Assembly (NCBI GenBank): GCA_963740085.1
Contig: CAVUCU010000001.1
Location: forward strand, 1,056,001 to 1,120,000
Direction: 5' to 3'
DNA length: 64,000 nt
Source: Nitrospirota bacterium
GTDB taxonomy: Bacteria; Nitrospirota; UBA9217
Numbering within the stretch: the first letter of the stretch is position 1; every line of letters begins with the position of its first letter. Made by a program: the position numbers and the translations under genes. Positions 45,980 to 57,900 of the stretch are shown in pieces. The notes below the pieces were generated by a model that was not told where the DNA came from, ran no database searches, and saw only the letters and a program-made list of their open reading frames with translations.

Positions 45980-46885
45980 ATGACGGCAGGAAGACATGCC
46001 TTCCCGCCCTCGGTCTTTACCGTGACCCTCGCTGAAGCTCTCAAGGATGCAGCCGCAGCACTATCAACAGCGGGAATATCCAACGCCCGGCTCGATGCAG
46101 AAGTGCTTCTTTCTCATAGTATACGGAAGGACCGCGTCTGGCTCATCACCCATCGAGATGATGTGCTCGAGGATAAAGAGCAACGGGATTTTGACGAAGC
46201 GATCCGGCGCAGGACAAAACGCGAGCCGCTTCAGCACCTCATCGGCAACCAGGAGTTCTGGGGCCTGGAGTTCAAAGTCACACCGGACGTGCTCATTCCC
46301 AGACCCGAAACCGAGTTCCTCATCGAAGCGGCTCTCGCGATCGCGCAGGACCGGAACCGTCAGGTCAGGATCATCGATCTTTGCACCGGCTCGGGGTGCA
46401 TTGCCGTAAGTCTGGCGAAAGAGCTGACCTCTGCTCACGTTCTCGCGACCGATGCGTCGATGAGGGCCCTTGCGGTGGCAAGAGAGAATGCCCGCGATCA
46501 CGGCGTTGCGGACCGAATCCGTTTTCTCGAAGGCGATCTGTTCGAACCGCTGGAAGAGCTGGACATACGCGCCGGGATTGATATTATTGTATCGAATCCG
46601 CCCTATGTGAAGTCAGGCGACCTGCCCGCCCTCCAGCCCGAGGTGAGAGATTACGAGCCCGAAATGGCGCTCATCTCCGGACCAGAAGGGACGGAGATCG
46701 CGGCGACAATCATCAAGATCGCGTCTGGGTATCTGAAGAAGAACGGCGCGCTCATTATGGAAATGGGACTGGGTCAGGCAGAGGCGCTTGTACGGATGGT
46801 CGACGCAACCGGCGAATATGGCAAACCCTGGATCCTGAAAGACCTGGCAGGAATTGAAAGGGTGATGGTTGCAAGAAAGGCGTAG
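45980..46885 (+). CDS. prmC: Release factor glutamine methyltransferase
   Basis: LIPRPETE, DLCTGSG, SNPPY. Confidence 0.95.
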   Translation: MTAGRHAFPPSVFTVTLAEALKDAAAALSTAGISNARLDAEVLLSHSIRKDRVWLITHRDDVLEDKEQRDFDEAIRRRTKREPLQHLIGNQEFWGLEFKVTPDVLIPRPETEFLIEAALAIAQDRNRQVRIIDLCTGSGCIAVSLAKELTSAHVLATDASMRALAVARENARDHGVADRIRFLEGDLFEPLEELDIRAGIDIIVSNPPYVKSGDLPALQPEVRDYEPEMALISGPEGTEIAATIIKIASGYLKKNGALIMEMGLGQAEALVRMVDATGEYGKPWILKDLAGIERVMVARKA

Positions 46886-46964
46886 TATTCAGGAGCCTGT
46901 ACCCGGAAGACAGAAGATGGGTCAGCAGCCTGTTTTCTCCTGACTCCTGACGACTGGACTCATC

Positions 46965-48212
46965 ATGAAATCAATCTACATCAGCGGTGGAAAAAAACTG
47001 AACGGCGAGGTCTTCGTCAGCGGTGCCAAGAACGCCGCTCTGCCGATCCTTGCGGCAGCGCTTCTGTGCGAAGGAAAACATCGGATTGCAAATGTCCCTC
47101 GCCTGGCCGATGTAACGACCTTCGGGAGGATCCTCCAGAACATGGGGGTATCTTTCGAGCGTCAGGACAATGATGTCCTGATAGACTCTGCCGTACTCAC
47201 GAAACCGGAAGCGCCCTACGATCTCGTGCGGACCATGCGGGCCTCGGTGCTCGTCCTCGGCCCGCTCGTGGCGCGAAGAGGCAAGGCGCGCGTGTCGCTG
47301 CCCGGAGGCTGCGCCATCGGGGCTCGGCCGATCAACCTGCACCTTATGGGTCTGAGAAAGCTCGGTGCGATTGTCGAGATCGAGCATGGTTATGTTGTGG
47401 CCCGCGCACAAAGGCTCCGCGGCGCGCACATCTATTTCGATACCGTGACCGTGACCGGTACCGAGAACATCATGATGGCCGCCTCGCTCGCACAAGGCGA
47501 AACCATCCTCGAAAATGCCGCGCGGGAGCCCGAGATCGTGGACCTGGCGAACGCCCTCATCCAAATGGGCGCAAAGATCGAGGGAGCGGGCTCGGACATC
47601 ATCAGGATCCAGGGCGTCGAGAAACTCAGGCCCCTGGACTACTCCGTAATGCCTGACAGGATCGAGACCGGGACCTTCGTTATCGCCGCCGCCATAACCA
47701 ACGGGTCGGTCACGATCAAAAACTGTTTTCCCGGCCATCTCGAGGCCGTGCTCGCCAAGGTGACCGAGGCGGGAGCTCGGGTATCGACCGATGAAAGGAC
47801 GATTCATATAACCGGTCAGCGCGCGATCAAGCCCGTGAACGTCACTACACTGGAGTATCCCGGCTTTCCCACGGACATGCAGGCACAGATCATGAGCCTG
47901 ATGTCCCTGGCGGACGGCACGAGCGTCATCAACGAGACCATCTTCGAGAACCGCTTCACGCATGTAGCGGAGCTCCGAAGAATGGGTGCCGACATCCGGA
48001 CCGACGGACGCACGGCGATCATCAAGGGCGTGCGGAAGCTTTCAGCGGCGCCTGTGATGGCAACGGACCTCCGCGCGAGCGCCTCGCTCATCCTTGCCGG
48101 GCTTGCGGCGGAAGGACAGACCGTGATCTCGCGCATTTACCATTTGGACCGGGGTTATGATAATATTGAGCAGAAGCTCTCGGCGCTGGGAGCGGACATA
48201 AAAAGAGCGTGA
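46965..48212 (+). CDS. murA: UDP-GlcNAc 1-carboxyvinyltransferase
   Basis: [29 protein letters not shown]. Confidence 0.97.
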   Translation: MKSIYISGGKKLNGEVFVSGAKNAALPILAAALLCEGKHRIANVPRLADVTTFGRILQNMGVSFERQDNDVLIDSAVLTKPEAPYDLVRTMRASVLVLGPLVARRGKARVSLPGGCAIGARPINLHLMGLRKLGAIVEIEHGYVVARAQRLRGAHIYFDTVTVTGTENIMMAASLAQGETILENAAREPEIVDLANALIQMGAKIEGAGSDIIRIQGVEKLRPLDYSVMPDRIETGTFVIAAAITNGSVTIKNCFPGHLEAVLAKVTEAGARVSTDERTIHITGQRAIKPVNVTTLEYPGFPTDMQAQIMSLMSLADGTSVINETIFENRFTHVAELRRMGADIRTDGRTAIIKGVRKLSAAPVMATDLRASASLILAGLAAEGQTVISRIYHLDRGYDNIEQKLSALGADIKRA

Positions 48213-48215
48213 ACC

Positions 48216-48282
48216 GATTGCGGATTGCAGATTGCGGAATGCGGATTTTAAATCCGAAATCGCCAATCCGAAATCCGAAATT
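48216..48282. repeat. Heptamer tandem repeats in inverted arms
   Basis: GATTGCG x4 (variant), then AATCCGA x4 (variant). Confidence 0.8.
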
Positions 48283-48296
48283 GAACGAGGGTTTTC

Positions 48297-49589
48297 ATGA
48301 AGATCATCGACTCACAGCAAAAAGACATCGTCGCCGAACTCAAGCGCATCATCAACCGCGGCGAGACCGCGACCGAGGAGGTCGCCATCGTCGTGAAAGA
48401 GGTCGTCGAGCGCGTTCGCAAGCATGGCGACCCCGCAGTGCTCGAATACACCGAGAAGTTCGACCGGGTGACCCTCGCGCTCAAGGACCTCAAGATTACT
48501 TCCGAGGAGATCAGGAACGCCTATACCAAGGTCGAGGCACGGAAGGTGGACGCGCTCAAACGCGCAGCACAGAACATCCGCGCCTTCCATGAAAAACAGA
48601 AGATGAGCTCCTGGGTCAGCCAGGAGGCGGACGGCGTCATCCTCGGCCAGCTCGCGCGGCCGATACAGAGCGCCGGGGTCTACGTACCCGGCGGAAAGGC
48701 GTGCTACCCCTCGTCGGTGCTCATGAATGTGATCCCGGCAAGGGTTGCCGGTGTGGAACATCTGGTAATGTGCTCGCCCGTACCGGGCGGGACCATGAAC
48801 CCGTACATCCTTGTTGCCGCTGATATCGCAGGGGTCTCCGAGATCTACAAGATCGGCGGCGCGCAGGCGATCGCGGCCATGGCATACGGCACTGCTACGA
48901 TCCCCAAGGTCGACAAGATCGTGGGGCCGGGCAATATCTATGTGGCCACAGCCAAACGGTACGTCTTCGGCCAGGTGGACATCGATATGATCGCGGGGCC
49001 GAGCGAGATACTGGTCATTGCCGACCACTCGGCGAATCCGGTCTTTGTGGCCTCGGATCTGCTTTCTCAGGCCGAACACGATGAGCTGGCGTCCGCGATA
49101 CTCGTCACCACCTCCCGTGAGCTTGCGGAAAAAGTGGATGCCGAGGTCGAGCGTCAACTTGCGAACTTGAGCAGGAAAGAGATCGCCCGCAAGGCCATCG
49201 ACCGCTTCGGCGTGATCGTGATCGTGGGAGATCTGCAGGGGGCTGCCGAGATCTCAAACTCTATCGCGCCGGAGCATCTGGAGCTTGCTGTCGAGAAGCC
49301 GTTTGAGCTCCTTGCGCTGATCAAGAACGCAGGCGCCATCTTCCTCGGCCACTACACTCCCGAGTCGGTTGGCGACTATATCGCCGGACCGAACCACGTG
49401 CTCCCCACGGGCGGTACGGCCCGGTTCTTTTCCCCCCTGTCCACGGACAGCTTCATGAAAAAATCCAGCCTCATCTTCTATACAAAAGAGGGCCTGGACA
49501 AGGTGGGGGAAGCCGTGATGCAGATCGCGGACGTGGAAGGGCTTGAAGCTCACGGGAATACGATCAAGGTACGGATGACGAAAAAATAA
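48297..49589 (+). CDS. hisD: Histidinol dehydrogenase
   Basis: YVPGG, DMIAGPSE, SQAEH, APEHL, GPNHVLPT. Confidence 0.97.
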   Translation: MKIIDSQQKDIVAELKRIINRGETATEEVAIVVKEVVERVRKHGDPAVLEYTEKFDRVTLALKDLKITSEEIRNAYTKVEARKVDALKRAAQNIRAFHEKQKMSSWVSQEADGVILGQLARPIQSAGVYVPGGKACYPSSVLMNVIPARVAGVEHLVMCSPVPGGTMNPYILVAADIAGVSEIYKIGGAQAIAAMAYGTATIPKVDKIVGPGNIYVATAKRYVFGQVDIDMIAGPSEILVIADHSANPVFVASDLLSQAEHDELASAILVTTSRELAEKVDAEVERQLANLSRKEIARKAIDRFGVIVIVGDLQGAAEISNSIAPEHLELAVEKPFELLALIKNAGAIFLGHYTPESVGDYIAGPNHVLPTGGTARFFSPLSTDSFMKKSSLIFYTKEGLDKVGEAVMQIADVEGLEAHGNTIKVRMTKK

Positions 49590-49727
49590 AACCTTGGAGG
49601 GGAAATGGAGAAAAAGAAAAATCGGGAAATGGGGAATAAACGCCTTAAGCTGTTGCCCCCTTTCGCCGTTTTATTCTCCCTTTCTCCTGAATGATTTTCC
49701 CTTGAAATATTATTAAGGAGATAAGAG

Positions 49728-50648
49728 ATGTCTGCAAAATTAAAAAAGGCTGCATCAAAAGCAACTGCTCCCGCCGACCAAAAGCTCAAGCTCGGCCTGC
49801 CCAAGGGGAGCCTGCAGGAAGCAACGTTCAAGCTCTTCAGCAAGGCCGGTTACCGCATACAGGTCGGTTCGCGCAGCTACTATCCGACCATCGATGATCG
49901 GAACATCGACTGCACCCTGGTCCGGGCCCAGGAGATGGCGCGCTACGTCGATATCGGCATCTTCGATGTCGGACTCACGGGCAAGGACTGGATCCTCGAG
50001 CAAAACGCCGATGTGGTCGAGGTGGCCGAGCTTCGCTATGCCAAGGGAGGCCTTAACCCCGTGCGCTGGGTTGTGGCCGTGCCCGAGGACTCGAAGATCA
50101 AAACGCTCAAGGACCTGAAAGGCAAGCGCATCGCCACCGAGCTCGTGGGATATACAAAACGTTATCTTAAGTCCAGGGGAGTAACCGCCGACATCGAGTT
50201 CTCCTGGGGCGCCACGGAAGTGAAGCCGCCGAAGCTTGCCGATGCGATCGTGGAGCTCACCGAGACCGGCAGCTCGCTCCGCGCGAACAAGCTTCGTATC
50301 GTTGAAGTGATGCTGGAGTCCACTACCCGGCTTGTCGCGAACAAAAAAGCGTGGAGCGACCCATGGAAGCGGAAGAAAATAGAGAACATGGCCATGCTGC
50401 TCCAGGGTGCGCTTTCCGCCGAGGAAAAGGTCGGGCTCAAGATGAACGCCCCCAAGGCCGGCCTGAAGGAGATATGCGGCCTTCTGCCCTCCATGCACGC
50501 GCCGACGATCTCGCATCAGACCGACCCCGCGTGGGTAAGCCTGGAAGTGATCCTGGACGAAAAGCAGGCACGTGACCTGATCCCCCGGCTCAAACGCCGC
50601 GGCGCATCGGGGATCGTGGAGTATCCGCTGAACAAGGTCATTGCATAA
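49728..50648 (+). CDS. hisG: ATP phosphoribosyltransferase, long form
   Basis: LPKGSL, GLTGKDW, GATE, ETGSSL..N, C-terminal regulatory domain. Confidence 0.95.
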   Translation: MSAKLKKAASKATAPADQKLKLGLPKGSLQEATFKLFSKAGYRIQVGSRSYYPTIDDRNIDCTLVRAQEMARYVDIGIFDVGLTGKDWILEQNADVVEVAELRYAKGGLNPVRWVVAVPEDSKIKTLKDLKGKRIATELVGYTKRYLKSRGVTADIEFSWGATEVKPPKLADAIVELTETGSSLRANKLRIVEVMLESTTRLVANKKAWSDPWKRKKIENMAMLLQGALSAEEKVGLKMNAPKAGLKEICGLLPSMHAPTISHQTDPAWVSLEVILDEKQARDLIPRLKRRGASGIVEYPLNKVIA

Positions 50649-50665
50649 CTTCGATTGGAACACAC

Positions 50666-50696
50666 AAGGCGGCCCATAAGGCCGCCTTTTTCTTTT
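50666..50696 (+). terminator. Rho-independent terminator after hisG
   Basis: AAGGCGGCC-CATAA-GGCCGCCTT + T run. Confidence 0.8.
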
Positions 50697-50718
50697 CTGC
50701 CGAAAGTTCCTTCGCGTC

Positions 50719-52503
50719 TTAGGTAATCGAATACTTCTGTTTGACTTTTTTTTGTTCGTACATCGACGTATCAGCCCGGAGCAGCAGTTCATCGAGGGAG
50801 CATGGACGGGACGGGTCGTAATAGCCGACTCCCGCACTCAGTGACAGCTTATATCGCCTGCTCGTTGAATTATTATACGTACCCACGTTTTTTTGCAACC
50901 GGGCAACGATCAGATCGGCACTGTCTCTGGTTGTCCCTACGGGGACGACCGCAAACTCATCCCCACCGAGCCGGGATATGATATCGATATCTCGACACGT
51001 TTCTTTCAGTATTCCGGCAATCTCCACTAGCGCCCGATCTCCTTCCTGATGGCCCAGGGTATCGTTAATCACCTTTAAACCGTCCATGTCGGCCGAAATC
51101 ACATACACCTCTCTCTTCAAGCGACTGGCCATTTTCAACTCGCGTTCCGCAAGCGCATAAAATCCTCGCCGATTATACAGGCCGGTCAGCTCATCCGTAA
51201 TTGAAAGCTCACGAAGTCGCCCTTCCATGCGTTTACGCTCGGTTACATCCCTGAGTATCCCCTTGATGCCGAGAAAATTGCCATCCTTGTCCTCTACGAC
51301 CATGCTCGACGATTCAAGTTCAATTGGTACTCCATCTTTGCTCTTCGCTCTCATGTGGTAGGCGCTCAACGCTTTTTTCAAATGCAACTGCTTCCTGAAA
51401 GCATCTCTGTCCTTCGGATCTCTCCAGTATTCCAACGCCTTCCTGCCGATCATATCGCGGGGACTCTCATATCCGAAAATCTTTGCGCCCGCGAGGTTCA
51501 TGAGAACGAATACGCCTTCGACGTTTACTTCATATATGCCGTCGAGAGAGGAGTCAACAAGGTTTTTGTACTTCGCTTCGGTCTTCCGATGGTCAGCTTC
51601 CGCAATAGCGCGCTCGGAATGTGCGCGGTCTATTTCATCTCCAATCGATTTTGATATTTTAGATATTAACACTCCAGCCAAGATTATCGATAGGAACGCA
51701 ATTGCAGATGCAATCAGCGCAGGAGAGCGCGCTCTGCTGAACGTAGCCTCATACATTAAACCATCGATCAGGATAAAAATAACGATAGCCGGAAGAAACG
51801 CCCGCATCAACCGGCTCCGAACTGTCGGCCCTATAAAGCCCCTGACCGGAAAACCCGATGGTCCTGTCGCAGCTATCAGTCCAAGGGCCAGAAGCACAAA
51901 AGCAATAGCAGTTGGGAGAGCGACAGGTATTATGCTCCCGCCGTACAAAAGAGGCGTGCCGTGCAAATAACCGAGAATGACGATGAATCCTATAGAACCC
52001 GCCGCCATCGCCGGAAAAGCCGCGGCTTGTTTTAACCATTGCCTGCCTTCAGCAGAGACCAGGAACAGGACTCCCATTCCTGTTAAGAAAAAAGCCACGG
52101 CCGTGATTGGAGACATATGGCCGGATGGAATATTGGTCATGGATGGGGCTACTTCAATTCCGAGGAGTTCGACTGGACTGATTATCCCGAAAAGAAAGAG
52201 TACTAGTATTGTCAAACAAATTAAGACAGTCAGGCATGCGCATACGAGCGCCAGCAATCGTCGCGCAGAACTTCGGGGGTCGAGCGCATGTGCAAGCAAT
52301 GACGCGCTCAGCAAGATGAAGCACAATGCAGTGCTCGGGGCTATCGGCACATAATCCGTGCCGATCATGGTGACGATGAACAACCCGGAGACCCAACCCA
52401 GCAGGGAAACAGTGCTGATGACCAAAACGGAAAGAAAGCTCCATCGGGCTATTCGTTTTAATACAAGCTCTTGCACGTCGGGCGACTTTGTCTTCGTTTC
52501 CAT
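50719..52503 (-). CDS. Membrane-bound PAS-GGDEF diguanylate cyclase
   Basis: Multi-TM N-terminus, PAS, DELTGLYNRR, RxxD (RDID), GGDEF. Confidence 0.9.
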   Translation of the reverse strand: METKTKSPDVQELVLKRIARWSFLSVLVISTVSLLGWVSGLFIVTMIGTDYVPIAPSTALCFILLSASLLAHALDPRSSARRLLALVCACLTVLICLTILVLFLFGIISPVELLGIEVAPSMTNIPSGHMSPITAVAFFLTGMGVLFLVSAEGRQWLKQAAAFPAMAAGSIGFIVILGYLHGTPLLYGGSIIPVALPTAIAFVLLALGLIAATGPSGFPVRGFIGPTVRSRLMRAFLPAIVIFILIDGLMYEATFSRARSPALIASAIAFLSIILAGVLISKISKSIGDEIDRAHSERAIAEADHRKTEAKYKNLVDSSLDGIYEVNVEGVFVLMNLAGAKIFGYESPRDMIGRKALEYWRDPKDRDAFRKQLHLKKALSAYHMRAKSKDGVPIELESSSMVVEDKDGNFLGIKGILRDVTERKRMEGRLRELSITDELTGLYNRRGFYALAERELKMASRLKREVYVISADMDGLKVINDTLGHQEGDRALVEIAGILKETCRDIDIISRLGGDEFAVVPVGTTRDSADLIVARLQKNVGTYNNSTSRRYKLSLSAGVGYYDPSRPCSLDELLLRADTSMYEQKKVKQKYSIT

Positions 52504-52732
52504 TTAATCAGTTCGCTTTTCGTAAGATCGACGGTCTAATGAGACCGCTTCTCGATACCCGAACTTGTCGCGATGACCCTTCTCTGCAGAAAAAGTGCTT
52601 TAAGTATAGCAAAAGCACGCCGGAATTGTAACCGAAGTCTCGATCATACGGTCTTTATAACCGTATCGTCGTCGAAGAAGGTTACTTTTTTCGACTCGCG
52701 GTGGATAAAATATGACTCAGAAGTCACTAGAT

Positions 52733-52764
52733 AAAAAAGGCGGCCATCTGTCCGCCTTTTTTTT
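52733..52764. terminator. Bidirectional terminator
   Basis: A6-GGCGG...CCGCC-T8. Confidence 0.75.
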
Positions 52765-52790
52765 GTGCCGACCGCACGGCAGCTTCTTTT

Positions 52791-54662
52791 TTAATCCCTG
52801 CCGACCGCCCTTGCGAGAAAGTCTTTTAGACCTGCCTTCAGGTCTTCTGTAGATGTGATCGGCGCTGAACACCGCTTCCCGACACAGAGGTAGACCGCTT
52901 CCTGCAAGGGGTACTTGAGCTTCTTGATCTCCTTCACGTCCGCTGAAAGCGAAAGCACACGCACGGCCTTCTCCGGGACAAAGAGGCGGTCGATCGTTGA
53001 TAGATAGTTGCGGATCCCTTCCCCATCCCCGAGAATGGTGATCTGAACAGGCTCCCCCGCCATCCAGAGCAGCACCGTACCGTATGTCCCTGCAAGCGGA
53101 GCGAATTTCTCGTACTCGCCGGCGAGGCTCTCGGCAACAGCATCACGGACTTCCTTCAGCTTCCCATACTCTCCGGTAAAGGCGAGCCTGCTCAAAAAAC
53201 GGACTGCCCGGTAGTTGGCAAGATCTTCATTCATTTCCGACAACACACCGGCGGTGACCGGTTTATTGATCGGCGCGTCGATCGAGGATCGGAACTTCTT
53301 CGTGGCCCTGTCATAGAAGCGGCCGGTCACAAGCCTGCCGATCTCTTGTGCTGTCTGCAGGTAACGCCTGTCTCCCGTTATATTGTACAGATCAAGCATG
53401 GCTGATCCGAAGAGCGCGTTGTCTGAAAGAAGACCCTTGAGAGACGGCGCACCGTTATGAAAGGCATGGAAGACCCCTTCGCTCCCGGCTGTCATCTTCC
53501 GGAGCAGAAACTCCGCGCTCTTGACGGCCATGTCAAGATATAGTGACTCTCCGGTCGCGTTGTAAGCGGCAACGAGAGCGCTGATCATGAGAGAGGAGGA
53601 ATCGGCATAGGTCGTCGTATCTACAAAAGGCGGCCTCAGGCCTTTCCGGTCCTCCTTTTTGTAGTAATTCTCATCTGCGTCCTGACTGCCGTACAATGCG
53701 CCGCTTGCGGGATCATACAGCCTGGCCCGCACGAACCCTATGCCCTCGCGGACAAGGGTGAGATACTCTTTGCGGTTAAACACCAGCGAAGCATCCGCAT
53801 AGTTCCTGACCATGCCTGCGCTCACCTCGAGCATCTTTTCGTAATGCGGCCCGGACCAGTCTGATTTAGTGGAATAGCGGAAAAAGCCGCCCTCGACCTT
53901 GTCGTGCAGCCCGCCTTTTGCCATCCCCTCAAGCGTTTTCGTGATAATATTTTTTATGCCCTCATCCCTGTTTCGCGCGTACCGGGAAAGAAGGAAATCG
54001 ATCGCATCGGGATTCGGGAATTTCTGATTGTGTCCGAATCCTCCATGGATAGTGTCAAAGGAATTTTTCAGGACTCCCACGACCTTGTCGAGATCTCCCT
54101 TGTCCGGCAGATCCGCAAATCCGGTCTCCCGAATATGGCTTAACTCCTTCATCGCCTTGATCTCCGTGAGTCGATCAACGATAGTGTTTCGATCGGTGCT
54201 GAACAGCGCCGCAGCACGCTTCAACCGCGCGAGCAGTTCCTCCGCCGGAATATAGTTCCCGCCGCTGATCACCTCTCCCTGAGGCGTAAGGATGGCAGTG
54301 CTTGGCCAACCGCCCTGGTTATACAGCGCGTCTATATCAGGACGCATATCGGAATCGACCCTGATGGGGATGAAATGCTCGTTGATATAGGAAATGATCT
54401 CTTCGTTGGAGTAGGTGGTCTCGTCCATCACGTGACACCAGTGGCACCACACCGCGCTGAGAGAGAGCAGGACCAGCCTGTTCTTTTTTCGCGCCTCCTC
54501 CAGCGCGTCAGGCCCCCAGCTTCGCCACTGGACCAGGTGCGCCTTGTTCGGCCGGGGCGAAAAGCGAAAGTCGGACGCCATCGCAAGATGAGAAATGAGA
54601 AAGACGCCGCAAGCAACGATTGTGAAGAACCTTTTCACCGGAACACGCCTTTCTTTTTGCAC
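52791..54662 (-). CDS. DUF255 thioredoxin-domain protein (YyaL/SSP411-like), exported
   Basis: WCHWCHVMD, GGWP, GGFFRYS..DW..PHYEKML; signal peptide; start may be GTG 54638. Confidence 0.88.
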   Translation of the reverse strand: MQKERRVPVKRFFTIVACGVFLISHLAMASDFRFSPRPNKAHLVQWRSWGPDALEEARKKNRLVLLSLSAVWCHWCHVMDETTYSNEEIISYINEHFIPIRVDSDMRPDIDALYNQGGWPSTAILTPQGEVISGGNYIPAEELLARLKRAAALFSTDRNTIVDRLTEIKAMKELSHIRETGFADLPDKGDLDKVVGVLKNSFDTIHGGFGHNQKFPNPDAIDFLLSRYARNRDEGIKNIITKTLEGMAKGGLHDKVEGGFFRYSTKSDWSGPHYEKMLEVSAGMVRNYADASLVFNRKEYLTLVREGIGFVRARLYDPASGALYGSQDADENYYKKEDRKGLRPPFVDTTTYADSSSLMISALVAAYNATGESLYLDMAVKSAEFLLRKMTAGSEGVFHAFHNGAPSLKGLLSDNALFGSAMLDLYNITGDRRYLQTAQEIGRLVTGRFYDRATKKFRSSIDAPINKPVTAGVLSEMNEDLANYRAVRFLSRLAFTGEYGKLKEVRDAVAESLAGEYEKFAPLAGTYGTVLLWMAGEPVQITILGDGEGIRNYLSTIDRLFVPEKAVRVLSLSADVKEIKKLKYPLQEAVYLCVGKRCSAPITSTEDLKAGLKDFLARAVGRD

Positions 54663-54919
54663 ACTCCTCTTGAAAGAGGAACATACAGGGACGGGGGTAT
54701 TGGTCGTTTTTCAATGATACCTCATTGCCTGCGGGAAATGAAGCGTCATCTATGCATCTCTATTATTGATCGAAGCGTGATAATACCAAATCTTCTTTCC
54801 GGTCAGATTGATTGAAAATTACTCTTTGAAAGAATGTTTTTATGATATAGTTGGTTTACAAATGGTTCTTCCTGAAGTGCGGAGCATGAACGATTCTAAA
54901 ACTACGAGGAGTATATTCA

Positions 54920-57900
54920 TTGAAGTTGCGTACCAAAACCATTCTCGATAGCGTTCCCAAGATGCTGGCGCACTTCCAGGGAAAAGACCTTGAAACAAAG
55001 TTCGCCGTGTACGAACCGCCGCTGCGATCGGAATTGTTCAGCGCAGACCAGATGGAGCAGCACGGCAAGACCCTGGCGCGACTGCACACGGTGAGCCCGG
55101 AACACGCTCCTGACCGGCTTCTGGCGAGATTGGCTGAGAACGAATCCATCCTGACGGGGACCCGCAATCTGCTGATAGACGCGGTCAAGTCAGACCGCAG
55201 GATCACGCCGGCGGCTGAATGGCTGCTTGACAACTTCTATCTGATCGAAGAACAGATCCGCATGGCAAGGAGACACTTGCCAAAGGTCTACAGCCGGCAG
55301 CTGCCCCGCTTGCTGGGTGGGCCGTCTGACGGGCTTCCGCGCGTGTATGACATCGCCCTGGAGACAGTCTCGCATGGTGACGGCAGGGTGGACCCCGAAA
55401 GTCTCAGCCGCTTCCTTGCGGCCTACCAGACAGTCGCCGTCCTGAACCTGGGAGAAATGTGGGCAATACCCATTATGCTGCGCCTGGCGTTGATCGAGAA
55501 CCTCCGGCGAGTGGGGGCCCGGATCGCCGCGGACAGGATGGACCGAAACTTCGCCGGCACCTGGGCGGACCGGATGACCGAGGTTGCCGCGAAAGACCCG
55601 AAGAGCCTGATCCTGGTCATTGCCGACATGGCACGCTCAAACCCGCCCCTCAAGAGTGCTTTTGTCGCGGAATTTGCCCGCCGGCTTCAGGGACAGGGCC
55701 CCGCCCTGGCAATGCCTCTCACCTGGATCGAGCAGCACCTCTCCGAGAGCAGCATGACGATCGATCAGATGGTGCAGGCGGAGAACCAGCAACTGGCGGC
55801 TGATCAGGTGTCGATGAGCAACAGCATCGGCAGCCTCCGCTTCCTGGGCGCGATGGACTGGCGCGAGTTCGTCGAGACGATGAGCGTTGTCGAACAGACC
55901 CTGCGTCAGGACCCCGGCGGTAGATACGAAAAAATGGATTTTTCTACTCGTGACCAATACCGTCACGCGGTGGAGAAGATCGCGAAGAACAGCCGGCTGT
56001 CCGAAGGTGAGGTGGCGGCCAACGCGGTCCGGATCGCGCGCGAGAGCGCTGCTCATGAAGACGCAAACGAAGTCGGAAGCGATCGCTCGGCTCATGTAGG
56101 CTACTACCTGATCGACAAGGGACTGGCGCAGCTTGAACAGGCGGCAGGGGTCCGGTTGTCTGTCACGGAGTTCTTTCGAAAGGCAGGCCGCCGGTTTCCC
56201 TTGTTCCTTTATCTTGGCACGATCACTCTGATGACGGCGATTTTCACCGGGGGCCTGGTGGTAAAGGCGCATGCCGGCGGGTACCCGGACTGGCTGCTCG
56301 CGCTCATGGGGCTCCTTTCGCTGTTGACCGGAAGTCAACTGGCGGTGGCGTTGGTGAACTGGCTGGCTACGCTGCTGGTGACGCCGCAGCCGCTGCCGAG
56401 GATGGACTTTTCCGAAGGAATTCCGGAGGGATCGCGCGCCCTGGTGGTGATCCCCACGTTCCTCACGAGCGCTCCCGAGATCGAGGGCCTGGTGGAGGCG
56501 TTGGAAGTCAGGTTTCTGGCAAATCGCGATGAAAACCTGCACTTCGGACTGCTGACTGATTTTCCGGACGCACCGGAGGAAATTCTTCCTGGGGACGAAG
56601 CGCTCTTGCTGCTCGCCCGGCAGAGAATCGAAGAGCTGAATGAGAAATATCGGAATGCAAAGAGCGATACCTTCTTCCTCTTTCACCGCCCCCGTCTCTG
56701 GAATCCCGCGGAAAAAGTCTGGATGGGTTACGAGCGCAAACGGGGAAAGCTTGCAGCGCTGAATTTCCTTCTGCGGTGCGGTGCTGCCCCCTCACCCTCG
56801 TCCTCTCCCTCCGGGGGAAAGGGTTGCAATAACTCCTTCTCACTCGTCGTCGGCGATACTGCAGTGCTGTCACCGGTTAAGTACGTGATCACGCTTGACA
56901 CGGATACCCAGCTGCCGCGCGATGCAGCCCGGCAGCTTGTGGGAGCCATGGCTCATCCGCTGAACCGCCCGCACTACGATGAAGGCAAACAGCGGGTTGT
57001 TGCCGGGTACGGCATCCTTCAGCCGCGGGTTGCCGCGAGCCTGCCGGGTACAAACCGGTCGCAGTATGCGCGCATGGAGGGAAGCGATCCGGGCATCGAC
57101 CCCTATACGCGTGCTGTCTCGGATGTGTACCAGGACCTCTTCCGTGAAGGCTCCTTTATCGGTAAGGGGATCTACGATGTCGACGCCTTCGACCGGGCGC
57201 TGAACGGGCTTTTTCCCGATAACCGGATCCTGAGCCACGATCTTATCGAAGGGTGTTTCGCGCGCGCGGGGCTGTTGAGCGACGTAATGGTCTACGAGGA
57301 ATATCCTGCCCGATACGGCGAGGACGTGAGCCGCCGCCACCGGTGGATCCGCGGGGATTGGCAGCTGCTGTCCTGGCTGCGGGCGGCGATCCCCGGTCCG
57401 GGGCCCGCGCGCGACCGGCAACGCCGGAAGAATCCCCTCTCGCTGCTGTCCCAATGGAAGCTCTTCGATAACCTTCGTCGCAGTCTCGTACCTTCGGCAT
57501 TGACGCTCTTCTTCGTGCTCGGGTGGACGATCTTGTCTTCGCCCTGGTTCTGGACCGTGTCGATGATCGGAATCATTCTGATCCCTTCATTTGCCACCTC
57601 TCTCCTTGACCTGTTTCAAAAACCGCGCGATGTGCTTCCCGGGCAGCACCTCACTGCTGTGGGGCACTCCGCCGGCAGGCGCTTTGCCCATGATCTGTTC
57701 GTGCTTGCGTGCCTCCCCTACGAAGCGTTTTACAGTCTGGATGCGGTCGTTCGGACGCTCGGGAGAATGCTCGTGACGCGCAGGCGGCTCCTCGAATGGA
57801 GTCCGTCAGGCGACCCGGACCGAAAGAACAGAATGGACCTCGCTGCTGTTTGTCGGACGATGTGGTTCGCCCCCTTTCTTGCGGTCGCGACAATGGTGAC

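Noticed and set aside
44805-48282. Tandem repeats as CRISPR arrays
   Set aside because: Units are 7-9 nt with no spacers, and there are no cas genes
48209-48592. ORF starting [10 protein letters not shown]
   Set aside because: Translation of the heptamer repeat running out of frame into hisD
52700-52708. DnaA-box-like TTATCCACC
   Set aside because: Single imperfect copy with no origin context
22967-54662. Further Sec codons in TusA, YeeE, DsrE or DUF255
   Set aside because: Their redox motifs are all encoded as Cys in uninterrupted ORFs
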